Positions 12,950-27,205 of a stretch of DNA of 64,000 bases are shown piece by piece. Below the pieces are notes generated by a model. The model saw only the letters and a program-made list of their open reading frames with translations, made no database searches and had not been told where the DNA came from. Within the stretch, counting starts at the first letter, position 1. Every line of letters begins with the position of its first letter. The position numbers were made by a program, and so were the translations under genes. This stretch comes from Utricularia gibba (taxonomy: Eukaryota; Plantae; Magnoliophyta). The DNA lies in assembly GCA_002189035.1 (NCBI GenBank), contig NEEC01000019.1, positions 62,001 through 126,000 on the forward strand, read 5' to 3'.

Positions 12950-14941
12950 ATGATTGCATTGGTGAGGAGAGCGCCACTAGCTCGTGATTTCGGTCGCCTA
13001 TGCCTGAGATGTTTCTCCGCTTCTGTGAAAGGTACTCGTCACAGCTTTTTCAGTCATCTTCCATCAGTAATGATGTGCTTTGTTTGTTTGCAGACCTCGA
13101 GCTGGAGGCTGAAAAGAATTCGTGTTCTAATGGAGCGCGTATGAGCAGAGGATTTATTCATCCGTCCGCCGTTGTTCATCCCGATGCTGTTCTAGGTCAG
13201 GTATGGACATTGCTTCTCCTTTTTCTCTTTTTCTACTGATATACTGTTTTTTTTTTAATCCGATTCAAAATCAGTGTGGCTTGTGAGTTAGTATGGAGAT
13301 GAAATTGAAGTTATATGACATACAAGCTGCTATGCTTTCTCAGGATGTCACCATTGGTCCGTTTTGTACGGTTGGTCCTTTGGTGAAAGTGGGTAACTTT
13401 TGTCGATTGCACCCTGGAAGTCATATATCTGGAGATACGCGATTAGGGGATAACTGCATTTTGATGACGTGAATTTCGATTACCTCCCGTAAATTGTGAG
13501 GCCTGTTTCTTCTGTTGAACAATCAATTTTTCACAGGGGTGCTATTGTTGGTGAGGATATTCCGGGGCGCACAGTTATCGGACACGATAATATCATTGGC
13601 TACCATTGTGTCTTGGGAGCTAAGTGCCAGGATATGAAACACAAGGTTGGCTTTAACTCTACAGTTTTATTGCCTGCTTAAGTGAAGTTGGGTATTCGTA
13701 TTGTTTCTTTCAAAGTAGCTTTCGTTTGCGTCATACCAGCTTGGATTTTTTTTTCGTATGCTGTGCGTTTCTACAAGTGTCACTTCACCATCTCCAGCTG
13801 CCTGGATGTCAAGTGTATTTATGTGTTATTCGTAGCCAGGTAGTGAATGCTTCCTTGATATTGGTAACAATAATGATATCAGAGAATACACATCCATTCA
13901 CCGATCTTCGGTGCCGGATAAAAGAACGGTATGTGATGTGTTGACATCTCTAGCAGATCTTTGTATCCCATTGTAAAAGACCGCTTTTGTTGGTTTTATG
14001 TATGCATGGTGATCATTTTTATTCAACAGATAATTGGCAATAGCAATCTCATAATGGGATCATGTCACATAGCCCATGATTGCAAGGTGGGAAACAACAA
14101 TATTCTAGCCAATGGTACACTGTTGGCAGGGCACTGTGTTATGGAGGTGAACTGTGTAATTCATCAGCATCCTCACTCTGTGACTGCGAGCAGTCTGCTT
14201 CACCAGCTCTGGTGTTCTTGTATTTCAGGACTATGTTCGTACTGCAGGCTCAACTGTCGTACACCAGTTTTGTCAAATTGGCTCATTTTCCTTCGTGGGT
14301 GGGGGATCAGTGGTAAAAAGCTTAAAAACTTCATTGTATCAATCATGATTCACTTTGCCTTCTGAATGGTCAAGGCTACGGGCATTGGAACTCACGTATG
14401 TGTTAACTGAACATGCATGAAGGTTTCACAGGATGTTCCAAGATACACCATGGTATCAGGTGAAAGAGCCGAAATACGTGGACTCAATCTGGAAGGCCTT
14501 AGGCGGAGGGGTTTTTCTGATAAGGAGGTTGGTTGGTTGGTTATAAAATCAGGATCTCTCATATCCTCTACTAATCTCTTGACGAGCGCAAGTGCTGCAT
14601 CCCAGATACGGGCCTTGCGAGCGGCTTATAGAAGAATTTTCATGCCTAGAGATGGAAACAGTCCGAGCATTGAAGAGCGTCTGAAAGAACTGGTATGGTT
14701 ATGCTGAATACTTGCGGTCTTATCATGTTATAGCACCTCCCGTCTTGTACCGTACCTCCTTGGATGCAACCTCCAGGAAAACGATGAGGAACTTGGTCGA
14801 GAGGCCGTCGTGTGCTCTATGGTACGTTCAGTTCAGGATTCATTCGCTGGGGATCGCCGTGGGATTTGCAAGAACAGATCATGGAATCAGGACTTAACTG
14901 AAAAATGCTACAACACTTGTTGCACGCACTTAACCCCCTGA
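12950..14941 (+). CDS. LpxA: UDP-N-acetylglucosamine O-acyltransferase LpxA (hexapeptide repeat, mitochondrial type), 10 exons
   Basis: Exons 12950-13031, 13094-13200, 13344-13468, 13537-13645, 13836-13928, 14030-14146, 14229-14312, 14423-14527, 14606-14692 and 14777-14941, all GT-AG and in frame. Motifs [26 protein letters not shown] and [13 protein letters not shown]-terminus looks like a transit peptide. Confidence 0.93.
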
Positions 14942-15020
14942 GGTTTAGCAGGACTTCGGAAATGAGGATCAGATGCTGATTTACAGTCGAAACGCAATGT
15001 AAACACTGTCTGTTGAATCA

Positions 15021-16523
15021 TCAGGCAGCTAATTTTCTGGAGAAGACGACGTACATCGGATCCGTACGACCAGGGTTGGGAGATATATCCACGGCCTTGC
15101 AGAGTGTAAAGCACTAGTCAGTTACGATGATGCTTCATGTGCTCGTGTGAAGGTAATTCACCCCTACACAGCTTTACTCCCAGACACGACAGTAATCAAC
15201 TGCACACACCTTTGGTGGTTCAAATCCTCCGGCGTAATGGAAATATGCACCAACTATCATGACATGTTCCATGTCTCCGGTGGATGTCCATATGGAGATC
15301 GCCTTAGTCCAGAAGCATCGGTTTGAGAAGCTGCACCAGGTCGCAGGTTACAAGCAGTTGTGCAAGGAATCCATATCAATTCTCACCTTATGATGGCCTG
15401 TCCACCAGGTTTAAGTACCCTAGACATCTCCTTGAATACCTGGAGCGGCTTGTTCAGGTAGTCTACACTCACCTGGATGTATATGAATCAACTTCAGCAG
15501 ATTGTAGGATTTACTAGGATCAGGCAATGAATATGGATGATGGAAAACTCACCACATTCGTGATCACGTCGAATGTGTTGTCATCAAATGGAAGCTTAGG
15601 ATCAACATTCAGGTCCTGCACTACATACTCCGTCAAGACCTGGAAAACATGATGAACCAACTTCAGACGTTATGTTCCTGTGTAAGGAGGTGATGGACAG
15701 TAGAGTTGCCGAGAGCGAGTCTGAGCAAACGAGAAAAGGAGGTGACTGATAACCGGATTTCTCTTAAGCTCTTCCTCGTTCATACCCATCCCCACTATCC
15801 TTTGTTGCCTATAGCCTTTAGGGTAGTGACTGACCTAGCAACAGAAGAGAAATCATGGAGTGAAACCCCAGCCACCGCACGGGAATCAGAGCTGCAAGAA
15901 GTAAACTCTCACCCAACTGCTGCACATATCCAGCAGAGCGACCCCTGAACCACTGCTCTTTGGAAAAACACTCGAGTAAAACTTCGTGACTGCAGCAATG
16001 GCTGGATCATCAATATGGGTGACGAAACGTGGATATTCATAGAACGATGTATCCGGAGACCTAAAAAAAAAAGAACAGGATCAGCGGTCTATGAATCTTC
16101 TTGTTCGGTTAGAAGTGGCTTACTCATCAAATCTCTGGAAGTCCTCATCCTTGAACGGAAACTCCCCCGGCCACTCCACATTCTCAAACAACTTCAAAAC
16201 ACGCAAGATACGATCGAGAATGTATCAGGAAAGAAAACTGGAAAAAGGAGAGATGGATCAATAAATACCTTGTCAATTGCAGAACTCTGGCGGGCGAAGG
16301 CGAACAAGGATCTGGAATTACTTCCAGAGCCCATCATGTTGTTGAACTGAGACAGGAACGATATTCCTACACCTAAAAGCGCCCTGCGGAATGCGTTGGA
16401 TCCAGAAATTCGGTTTTTGAACACAGGCAAAGAAGCTGCTGCAGCAGGCATACGACGATAGAGTCCGCAAAAACACACCGGACCTTGCCTCAGCTCGATC
16501 CCAAACCGGTATGCCACCTCCAT
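15021..16523 (-). CDS. Class I SAM-dependent methyltransferase (Methyltransf_11, At4g29590-like, probable plastid transit peptide), 8 exons
   Basis: Exons 16523-16269, 16191-16124, 16060-15913, 15834-15754, 15639-15553, 15472-15387, 15330-15210 and 15095-15021. Motifs PRFVTHIDDPAI, LLDMCSSWVSHYP, QDLNVDPKLPFDDNTFDVITNVVSVDYL and FSNRCFWTKAI. Confidence 0.9.
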
Positions 16524-17061
16524 TAACGATCTGGTTCGATTTTGGAGGTTCCGATTTGGTTTGGGTTCCTCGACTCATAGGTTCGGCGGTTCTTCGTCGT
16601 TATCTCCTTTCATCGGCTGTAATTGAAACACATGGCCTCCACATCACCATTAACGTACTACGGAAACATGAGGGGTGCGTGAATGACTTGAGCGGAAAAC
16701 GGCGCAGCTGCTGCTTCGATTAACAAAGGTCACGTTATGTGATGAAGGACCTGTGATCCATGGCTTCGCTGGGAATGTCTTCATGCCTTTCCGGCTGCTG
16801 TTTCTCGTCGATCAAGTTCGCCGGATACCCAACACCCGAGGTTTCTTGTGGCGGCGCATCAATGACAACGGCTGTTTTTAGAGGCTTTTTAGAAGACTGC
16901 TTTTTATGTGTGATGGACGACGACTTGCAGCGGCGTTTTTTTACAGTTTTTCTATACCCGCCGGAAACATCTACAAATGCTGCAACAGTGAATTAGGAAC
17001 AACTGATGGGAGGTTTCGGCGAGCCAAAGCAACTTTATTGTTGAAAGAATGGCATTGCGAC

Positions 17062-18998
17062 TCATTCAGATTGTTCACGGGTTCGAGATAGCGTGTGGTG
17101 GGCCTCCTTCACGGCGGTAGTCGTCGTTGCAACTTGCGACCGCACTGCATCTCTCGATGGAACTTGCAGAAATGCTTTCAGAAAATCATAGCAGGTGAAT
17201 CCGATGGCAACCGAAGGCGTGACCTGAAATTTGAACGCGCGCACAATCAGATTCGATCCAGAAAAGTCGGCCTCATAGACTAATGGATGTGCACCGGGCA
17301 AGGGAAAGCCGTAATCACCTTGATGTAGTTGATGCTAAGCCCCGAAAACAGCTGCCTCCATCCTTGAGTTCGAATGATGGTGACCAGAGTTTCCCAGGTT
17401 CCTCTCGCTGCGCTATTCGTGGATTCGGCAACTTGTTGCACCTGTAACGCAGAGTGGCCTGTAAGAAGCAGCTTACGGTTGATTGCAGAATGAATGCGGA
17501 GGGAGGAGCACAGCACCTGCATCTGTCGCCTCACGACATCAAGAGGGTAAGTCAGAGTCTGGCCAAGTAAACCGGCAACCGAGCCGCATACGAGTTTAGC
17601 AGCAACGTCCTTCTCGCGATCCTTGGGAACACGCCTTTTCATTTCCTCATAGAAATAGAATTTGAGTCCAGCGTATGGAAATATTCCATACAGTGTGGGT
17701 CCTGCACAGCAGACCTGAGAATCGGAGAAGATGACCTCATGAAGAAGCAGCCGAAGTGAATGCTTAATACATACCCACGCCTGTATAGAGGCCTCTTAGA
17801 CCACCCTGCCTGTAAATCTTGGAGAAGCAATCAGAAATTCCCTTGTATGCCAGCTGCCTATTTACTGCTTGTGTGGAGGATTCCCCCACCTGCATATGAA
17901 GGTAATGCCCGGTTTTATTGCTGCTGAAGTCTTGGGAGAATGCAGCCCTAGTGTTTTTGGATGCTTGCCTGAAAAGCGAGCCGAGTTCGAACTAAATCAA
18001 GCGGGTAAGTGAAAGCTACGGCTGTTCCTCCAGCAAATGCTCCAGCTATGAGATCAAGCACAGGGCCTCTCTCAACTGTTGGGAGTCCGAAAATTATCAA
18101 TCGACGGTATTCTTCATATGCCATATAATGCAGTGCTGCATAAGGAACAATACGCACAACACTAGCTCCATTCCCTCTACGAGTAAGTAACCATAACTTC
18201 TGTTTGATAAGATAGAAAACGGATGTATACTTGGGAAATCAAAGCTTAGCAGATCAGAAGGGGAGAAAAAATACCGATAAAATCCGAGGAGGCCTTCTGT
18301 TTTTGCGATTTTTGTGAAAGAGCCAGAAAGCCCAAGACTGCGGAATTCAGCCCTCCTGGTCTGGGAAATGCATGAGAAACAATAACTAACATCAAGAAGA
18401 ATCCATCTGCATAAAAGGATCATGACGTTTTCTTTTTTATAGGAATCAGCCACTGAAATAAGCTATATTTGGAACGGTTAGCAAATGCTCAAGGATGCAG
18501 ACCACAGACAACAAACTCTCAGTGAGAAAAACAGTAAACCGTGGCCAAAGCCCACAGTATGATCAAGATGGATAGTTGGCTCTTTTCAAGGGCCCATTCT
18601 CACAAGTTTGAAAAAAATAGAAAAACGCAGAGACACGAAAGCAAGGATCATCAACGAACAACACAAATTGGGTGGGAGAATCATGTTGATAACTGGAAAA
18701 ATCTACCGAATTTGAGCCAATTATATCCAGAGATCAAACAGAAAGCAGGAATCCATGGTCAACATTTCAATCCCCAATTCAGAACCAAATGATCAACAAA
18801 ATACAAACTATCATTTTCCTTCTTTTTCACGATCAAATTCATTACCTGGAACAAGATCTTGATGCGCTCTAGAGGCGCTACGGCAGTCTTTGCAAAACCA
18901 CCCGCAACCCCACCTGCAATAAACTCCTTCACAAAAAGAGGCATCTCGGCAATCAACCCATTCGCCGTAATCATCTTTTCATCTTTTTCTTCATCCAT
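17062..18998 (-). CDS. CoAc: Mitochondrial carrier family protein, CoA transporter (CoAc1/CoAc2-like), 7 exons
   Basis: Exons 18998-18846, 18360-18275, 18176-17969, 17889-17775, 17701-17517, 17441-17319 and 17223-17062. Three PX[D/E]XX[K/R] signatures (APLERIK, YPLDLVR, YPLDVVR), plus [17 protein letters not shown] and [14 protein letters not shown]. Intron 3 is GC-AG. Confidence 0.9.
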
Positions 18999-19236
18999 TG
19001 AAAAACACCGCGCTTTACTTTCAGGAATTACAGCTACTCCCTCACTCAATGCAGGTGATCCACCTGCAAGAAGAAGAGACAAGAGGCGCAGGAGGAGGAG
19101 CCAATTTGAAGTACGAATAAGTTCGTTGCGTATCAAACAAGTTGGGTGTGAGCTTTAACCAAACACACCAAAATTGATTTCATTAAAATGATTAATTAAT
19201 TAATATTACAATTAACCGCTTCAACCGGTCACCGGG

Positions 19237-19341
19237 GGCCCAAAACTGATTTCATTAAATGAGCTCATAAAGGATGGAGCCCAACAGTTCGACGAAAAAG
19301 CCTACCCAGTAGAGAATGGATTTATACAAAACTCCAGCCCA
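19237..19341. promoter_or_regulatory. Three Site II elements (TGGGCY on the minus strand) in the CoAc / ATP-g divergent promoter
   Basis: GGCCCA at 19237-19242, AGCCCA at 19278-19283 and AGCCCA at 19336-19341, between two head-to-head nuclear genes for mitochondrial proteins. Confidence 0.6.
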
Positions 19342-19906
19342 CACCCAAATCTGTGAGAGTGCTGCAGCCTCGTCTTCCCCGACAGTCAGCAGTGAGTGGA
19401 GTCTCACCAGAAGGTAAGTTTGTTCGTCATCGACATTTCAATTCTGTTCTTCGATTTGAAATACGGTATTCAGGTATTCGGTTTCCGCGGAAATCTAGGT
19501 TTTGAATGCTTAATGTGTATCTGTGTATGCGATTTGATGTTATGAGGTTGATGATTTCTACCGAGGGTGGGGAAGAAAAGTTAGAATGTGCTCTACTCTA
19601 GAGGATGTTGATCATGAGGCGATGATTTTTCTTAACTGTTGTTCGCGGGAGGCTTCAGTATGCACTATTTGTAAAATTATTGAGGATTACCGTAACCAGG
19701 GAAAAAAGCAATAGCGAATTATCTTCTTTTCTGCTCTGTGGTTCTCATCTTGCATCATGTACTGATAAGTGATGGATTTTTTCCGCATATTCATGTTCCA
19801 TCCCCCTTTGTCTGGTTTAATGATTTAAGGCGCTGCATCCTAATCATGTATCTTTTATTTTCCTCTTGTCTTTTGAAGAACCGTTTAATATATATTCTGG
19901 GTCTCC

Positions 19907-20351
19907 ATGGCTGCGAGGCTACAGAAACTTCAATCCAAAGCTTGTCAAGCCTCAGAGTTTGTTACCAAGCATGGAAGTACATACTTCAAGCAGTTGATGG
20001 AGCAAAACAAGCAGTATGTCAAAGAGCCAGCAACAGTAGAGACGTGCAATGCACTGTCAAAGCAGTTGCTGTACACTCGCCTTGCCAGGTACACAACATC
20101 CTTGTGCTTTTCAAGCACTACACCGAAGCAGCCCTTTGTAAGCCACATCTTCACCCAATTGCAGCATTCCGGGTCGTACGGAGTCCTTCAGGAGGGAGCT
20201 CGATTATGTTAAGAACATGTGGAAAAACAGGCAGGATTTGAAGGTTGAGGAAGCGGGAATCGCTGCCTTATTTGGACTTGAATGCTTCGCATGGTTTTGC
20301 GCTGGTGAAATTGTTGGTAGGGGCTTTACATTCACGGGATACTACCCCTGA
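19907..20351 (+). CDS. Mitochondrial ATP synthase subunit g, 2 coding exons, with a probable 5' UTR intron starting at 19414
   Basis: Exons 19907-20088 and 20165-20351 give MAARLQKLQSKACQASEFVTKHG...YTRLASIPGR...FGLECFAWFCAGEIVGRGFTFTGYYP*. Confidence 0.93.
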
Positions 20352-20611
20352 AAACCTCATATCATGGTTCCTGAGCTGCATCATAGGCAGGGACTTTGTT
20401 ATAGCACAAGATGTTTGTGTTTTTTTTTTCCCATCCGATTCATGTTATGTGCAGCTCAGATTTTCAATAATTGACCTTTATATTGCTCTCTGGGGCAACA
20501 GTTATATCACAAAATGCTACATAGATTCCTTTCCCTCAAAGATCACTCATTAGCATAAATGCAAAACACAATGTCAGACAAGACAATAAATTAACACGTT
20601 GCCGCAGCTGA

Positions 20612-22560
<1,949 letters not shown>

Positions 22561-22994
22561 TCGTATTCTCCAAACCACGGCGCTCGTGATAGATGCAGAT
22601 GCCCACTACACAAAGTTTCTGGGGCGCAGCTTCGGTCCCTGAAATCGCAGAGAAAATAAACTGCCGGCAGCGGTACCCGTAACAGCAAGTGTGCTCAAAT
22701 ATACAGGTACATTCAAGGATGAAAAAGTAATTTCCAAACATCACATCTTCTTCAATCCCACCTACAAAACGGAAGCCTTGCAATTGGTTTAAAATGGAAT
22801 AAAGCGCGGTGTTCCCCGACTTTTCTGAAGAAATTCCCATTTGTTGAATAAAAATTTATTAATGAATTTTCTTCTAATATCCTACATTTTTAGTAGGACA
22901 TGCACAGCCAGCACATAGCACAGTTGATTGCTACTGTGTAGGACTGGACAGTGAAGTTGTTATTTCCCATTGCATCAGCAGGATGGATGGACCA

Positions 22995-25354
22995 TCAGAT
23001 GGCTGCTGGTGACCCCCCTTTCCTGGGGTCGCTGACGGCCGTAAGCACGCCACGGTGTATGCCATCATCGTGGCTACCACTACCACTGCCACTATTCAGA
23101 TCTTGAACCACAAGCTGGCAAATTGCTCCTGCTGATATAGCTTTCAGTTGGTGCCCTCTTTCTCTCAAGAACTCCTGGCGATCCGAAGCAAGTTCGATAT
23201 GTTCTCCGACTCCCACTGTACAGTTTTCGTACTGCACCACGTTTGGGATGAGCTGGGAATGGAATGTAGGAGGAAAGTGTTATAGCTGCCGAGAAATCGA
23301 ATCATGCGAATGGGCTGCCTTGTTTACCGTGTGGTAGACTCTAGCAGTCTCAACCGCTGCCACAGGATCCATCCCCAGAATAAAATGGTTGATGAAGACT
23401 TGCACAACCGCAGGGATAATCCTGGTGCCCCCACTGCCACCTATCACCCCCGCTAGCTGATCATCCTGACAGAAATAAAAAAGAAAAGGGAAAGCTTAAA
23501 TTTTAGAATAGAGAATGAAATCAGACTACCCCCTTAAGGATACTATATATTGCCTTGAGTACGATTATTGGCATCATGGAAGACAAGGGTCTTTTCTTTG
23601 GGCTTATAAAGTTTGCGGGCGCAGGCGGAAGTTTATCCGGAGCTATCTCCTTTGGTGTGGAGAAATCATCCATTTCATTGTTCAGAACAATGCCTGTGGA
23701 AGGTGAGAGCACCCCTCCTCCAAATGCATAATTCACGGTTGTTGTCATGGACACAGTGTTTCGATCCTCATCCACGATGCAGAAGTGACTTGTTCCGTGA
23801 TCTCTTAGTTGACTCCACCTGCATAAGGCATACATTATACAGTCAGGCATGGCTTTCACAACGGAGAAAAAAAAAGACAAAATATCCAGAAATAAGAAAC
23901 CTTGGTTTATAATATTCAGGAGGGAAGGTAGTGTTATCGAGTATTTTTCCCTTGATTGTATCAGCGAATAATGGAGAGAGCATTTCTGATACTGTTTCAG
24001 CGATGTCCACGAACTGCGGATCCCCCAGATTCATTCTTATGGCGAACATGTGCTTTAGTGCTTCGATAAAACGGTGCACACCAAGAGAACCTTGAGCAGC
24101 ATCTTTACTTTTGTAAGCATCCAAGATATTTAGAATCTGTTTGTCAACCAAAATAAACAGGAATCTGTTTCAACATTAAGAAATCTGGAAGTCGAAAGTC
24201 AAAAGAGAAAAGGGAGCACCATACTTACAAGAGCCATACCAAGAGTTCCACTAGAAGGAGGTGGCATTCCTAAGATCGTGTACCCCATCACATTTACAGT
24301 GACTGGATCACTAACCGTAACTTTATAATCTCTTAGATCCTCCATTGTTAGAATCCCACCAGCTTTTTTCACATCATTGACCAATTTTTCCCCAACTTCC
24401 CCATTGTACAGAGCTTCAGGTCCTCTATCTGCAATGGCTTCCAAGCTATTCCCAAGCTCCAAATTGTAGCAAACATCACCAGTTTTCAACAATTCACCAT
24501 GAGGTACATAGACTTTTCGTAGACCGGGATCGCTCCTTATCTTTTCTACGTTACTTGCAATATGACTACCGAGGTAAGGGCTTACAATGAATCCTTCTTT
24601 TGCAAATTTAATAGCAGGCTGAAATAACGAATACCATGGTAAACGCCCGAATCTCAACCATGCAACATGAAGCCCTGCAATCTCACCAGGGACCCCCATT
24701 GATAAAGCGCCTCTGTACTTTGTAGTTTTATCCTCATCATACATCCCCTGCCATGAAAAAACAAAAATGCATAAACAAACCTTAATCCAAAAGGTTGCTG
24801 CAGCTAAACAAATGGAACAGAGTTATGAACTTGTGAAGCTGCAGCTGGAGCAGTTTCCCTCATATCAATTGCAAGAGCAGCCGAATTCGATGAATTGCGA
24901 ACAACCATGAAACCTCCTCCACCGATTCCACTTGAAATCGGGGAAACAACTCCGAGGCACGCAGCGACGGCAACAGCAGCATCAACTGCGTGGCCGTGTT
25001 TATCGAGGATTGAAATACCGATTTCAGAGCAACGGCCATCGTCAGCAGCAACAACCGCATGCTTTGACTGCACAACATCACTATTAGAGACGCGATCACT
25101 TCGTCCCGAATAAACGTTGATTGATCTTGTTTTAGCTAAGCCTGCACAATTTCACGCCGAAGAATCAATAACTCCAAAACCAGAAGCTTATTCCAATTTC
25201 TCAGGATCCTTGCGTAGTTTAAAAATCAGAACCTACATGAAATTGCGAGTATTAAGACAAGAAACAGGAGAGCTGCGACACGGATCCTTCCTCCTTTTTT
25301 GCCGGAACTCCGATAAACCTCCAGCAGCTCAACGCTTATGTCTTCTCGCGCCAT
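22995..25354 (-). CDS. GGT: Gamma-glutamyl transpeptidase / glutathione hydrolase (GGT4-like, N-terminal membrane anchor), 7 exons
   Basis: Exons 25354-25237, 25141-24831, 24747-24229, 24136-23901, 23818-23554 (or 23530), 23465-23328 and 23252-22995. Motifs VAADDGRCSEIG, DMRETAP, PPPSSG, DHGTSH (Thr nucleophile), LNNEMDDFS, RPLSSM and SDPRK. Confidence 0.95.
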
Positions 25355-27205
25355 GGAAGCTCGTGTTGGAGTTCCAGGTGCGAAGATAACTTCCGCCACA
25401 CCGGGATCCGCATCCCGGAACTGACTCGTCGTTTGGATGTAAAATCGAACAAACCAATCACATCATCTCCCTTGAAAATAATAATTAAAATGTTTTTCCT
25501 TTTTGGTGTTTTTTGTCGCAGAGCGGTGGGTAGCGTCAAGTTTTTGCTTTCCAAACCCAACACAACTTTTTGTCTACGCATATTCTCAAGGCAATAAATA
25601 TATTTATTAAAACGTAAATGGTTGCTATTATTTTTTTCAAATAACTTAATTGACAAAATTAATCACGGTCATCGAAGGGTAATTTCAATTTAAATTTCAG
25701 CTCTTCAAACCACGAACCAACATGTAATTGAAACAGATTGAAACCAACATATTTAGAAAATTGTATGAATATTTTTCACTATGTTGACTAGATTATATAA
25801 TTGATTCTCATAAACTTTATTTTATTCTACGTTGTTACAAAATTATTTATAATTAATTTTCACCATTTGAAAATTTGACGAAAATAAACATCATTATTTA
25901 CATTAATGGTGTTGTGGGCGAAAATCGGTATTCTAGTGGAGTCTGATTTTCGGGTTATGGATACGATCTGAACGTTGTATCAGATCGCGATTTAAGCGTT
26001 TTGCTTGGTTGGGTTAATAGAAATAAAGAGAGACAAGGATTTTTTTTACGTGGAAACCATCAAAGAACGAAAAAACCACGGAGCTGTCGAAGCTCGTCGA
26101 AAAAAAACTTTTTACTAAATGGAGGTGAGGAGATAAATACCAGTTGGAGAGTTTTTTTGTCTACCCCTTTCCACTATAATGTTTCTCACATTTATAGGTA
26201 AAATGAACTTGACCGAATTTTGAATTTTGCAAGTGTGGGTTGTTTTTTGCGCCTGTTGTACGTACTGCGATTCTGTTTTCGGATAACCGCTGATTACTCT
26301 GCCATTACCGTAATTCAGGTACTTTTCAATCTGTCCAAAACGACCGCTCTGATAGTTATCGGTATGTCGTCCATTATCAAGGTGTCAAAACACCTTTTGG
26401 CTATTCTTCAATAGCGGATTAATCAAGTATGATCTAGACCCCATCAAATGCTTCAGTTGATCCTCAATTTTAAATTCAAATTTACTATTATCGCATCAAC
26501 ATCTGATTGTCATCAGCAACACACCCGTCACCCACGCTGCATCATCCATCACCACTGCCCGTGGTTGCCTGTTATCGAGCGGTGAGCACGGACGATTAAA
26601 TATACCTAATTTTTAAATATTAAAAATTAAATATAACTAATATTTAAATAAAAAAAGATAAAAAAATGATTAAAATGAAAATTATTATAAACTAAATATA
26701 TTGATACATCAAAAATTTTGAAATTAAATATACAGATGAGAATTAATAATGCATTTTCATTAAATATTAAAGATTAAGCATGTCAATTTTAAAAATAATG
26801 GGGATGTATGCAATCGACTTGAAGCATGTAAGATGTCCATTTGCAATCAAAAGTAAAATACAAAGAATATTTCGATTTGCTTCCCTTAAAATTTAGAAAT
26901 AACTTCGATTGCAGGTTGGAATCTAATTTTTTTGTAAAATAAAAATATATTCCGATAAGGATTCCTAATTCTAGTTCACTTTCATATTTATAGTGGATTT
27001 CAGAACTAGCTACAGAATGTGTAGGCGTAATGCCGGAAGCAGCCAACCCCTGAATCGAATAAAGTTACACAAGAACCTCAGGTTCAGTGAAGAATGAGCC
27101 AAGGATTCATTCATCCATCCATCTCATGTACAACGAATCCCGAGTGCTACTACAACACCACGATGATCAGACCTTATTGAACCCCCCTCACCGCTGTCGA
27201 AGGAA

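Noticed and set aside
16620-17060. Short ORFs (61-78 aa) between the MTase start and the CoAc stop
   Set aside because: No homology recognised; the position fits CoAc 3' UTR and MTase promoter.
26230-26420. Stop-free minus-strand frame (HLDNGRHTDNYQSGRFGQ...) between GGT and the RCC1 gene
   Set aside because: No start codon, no splice context and no recognisable family.
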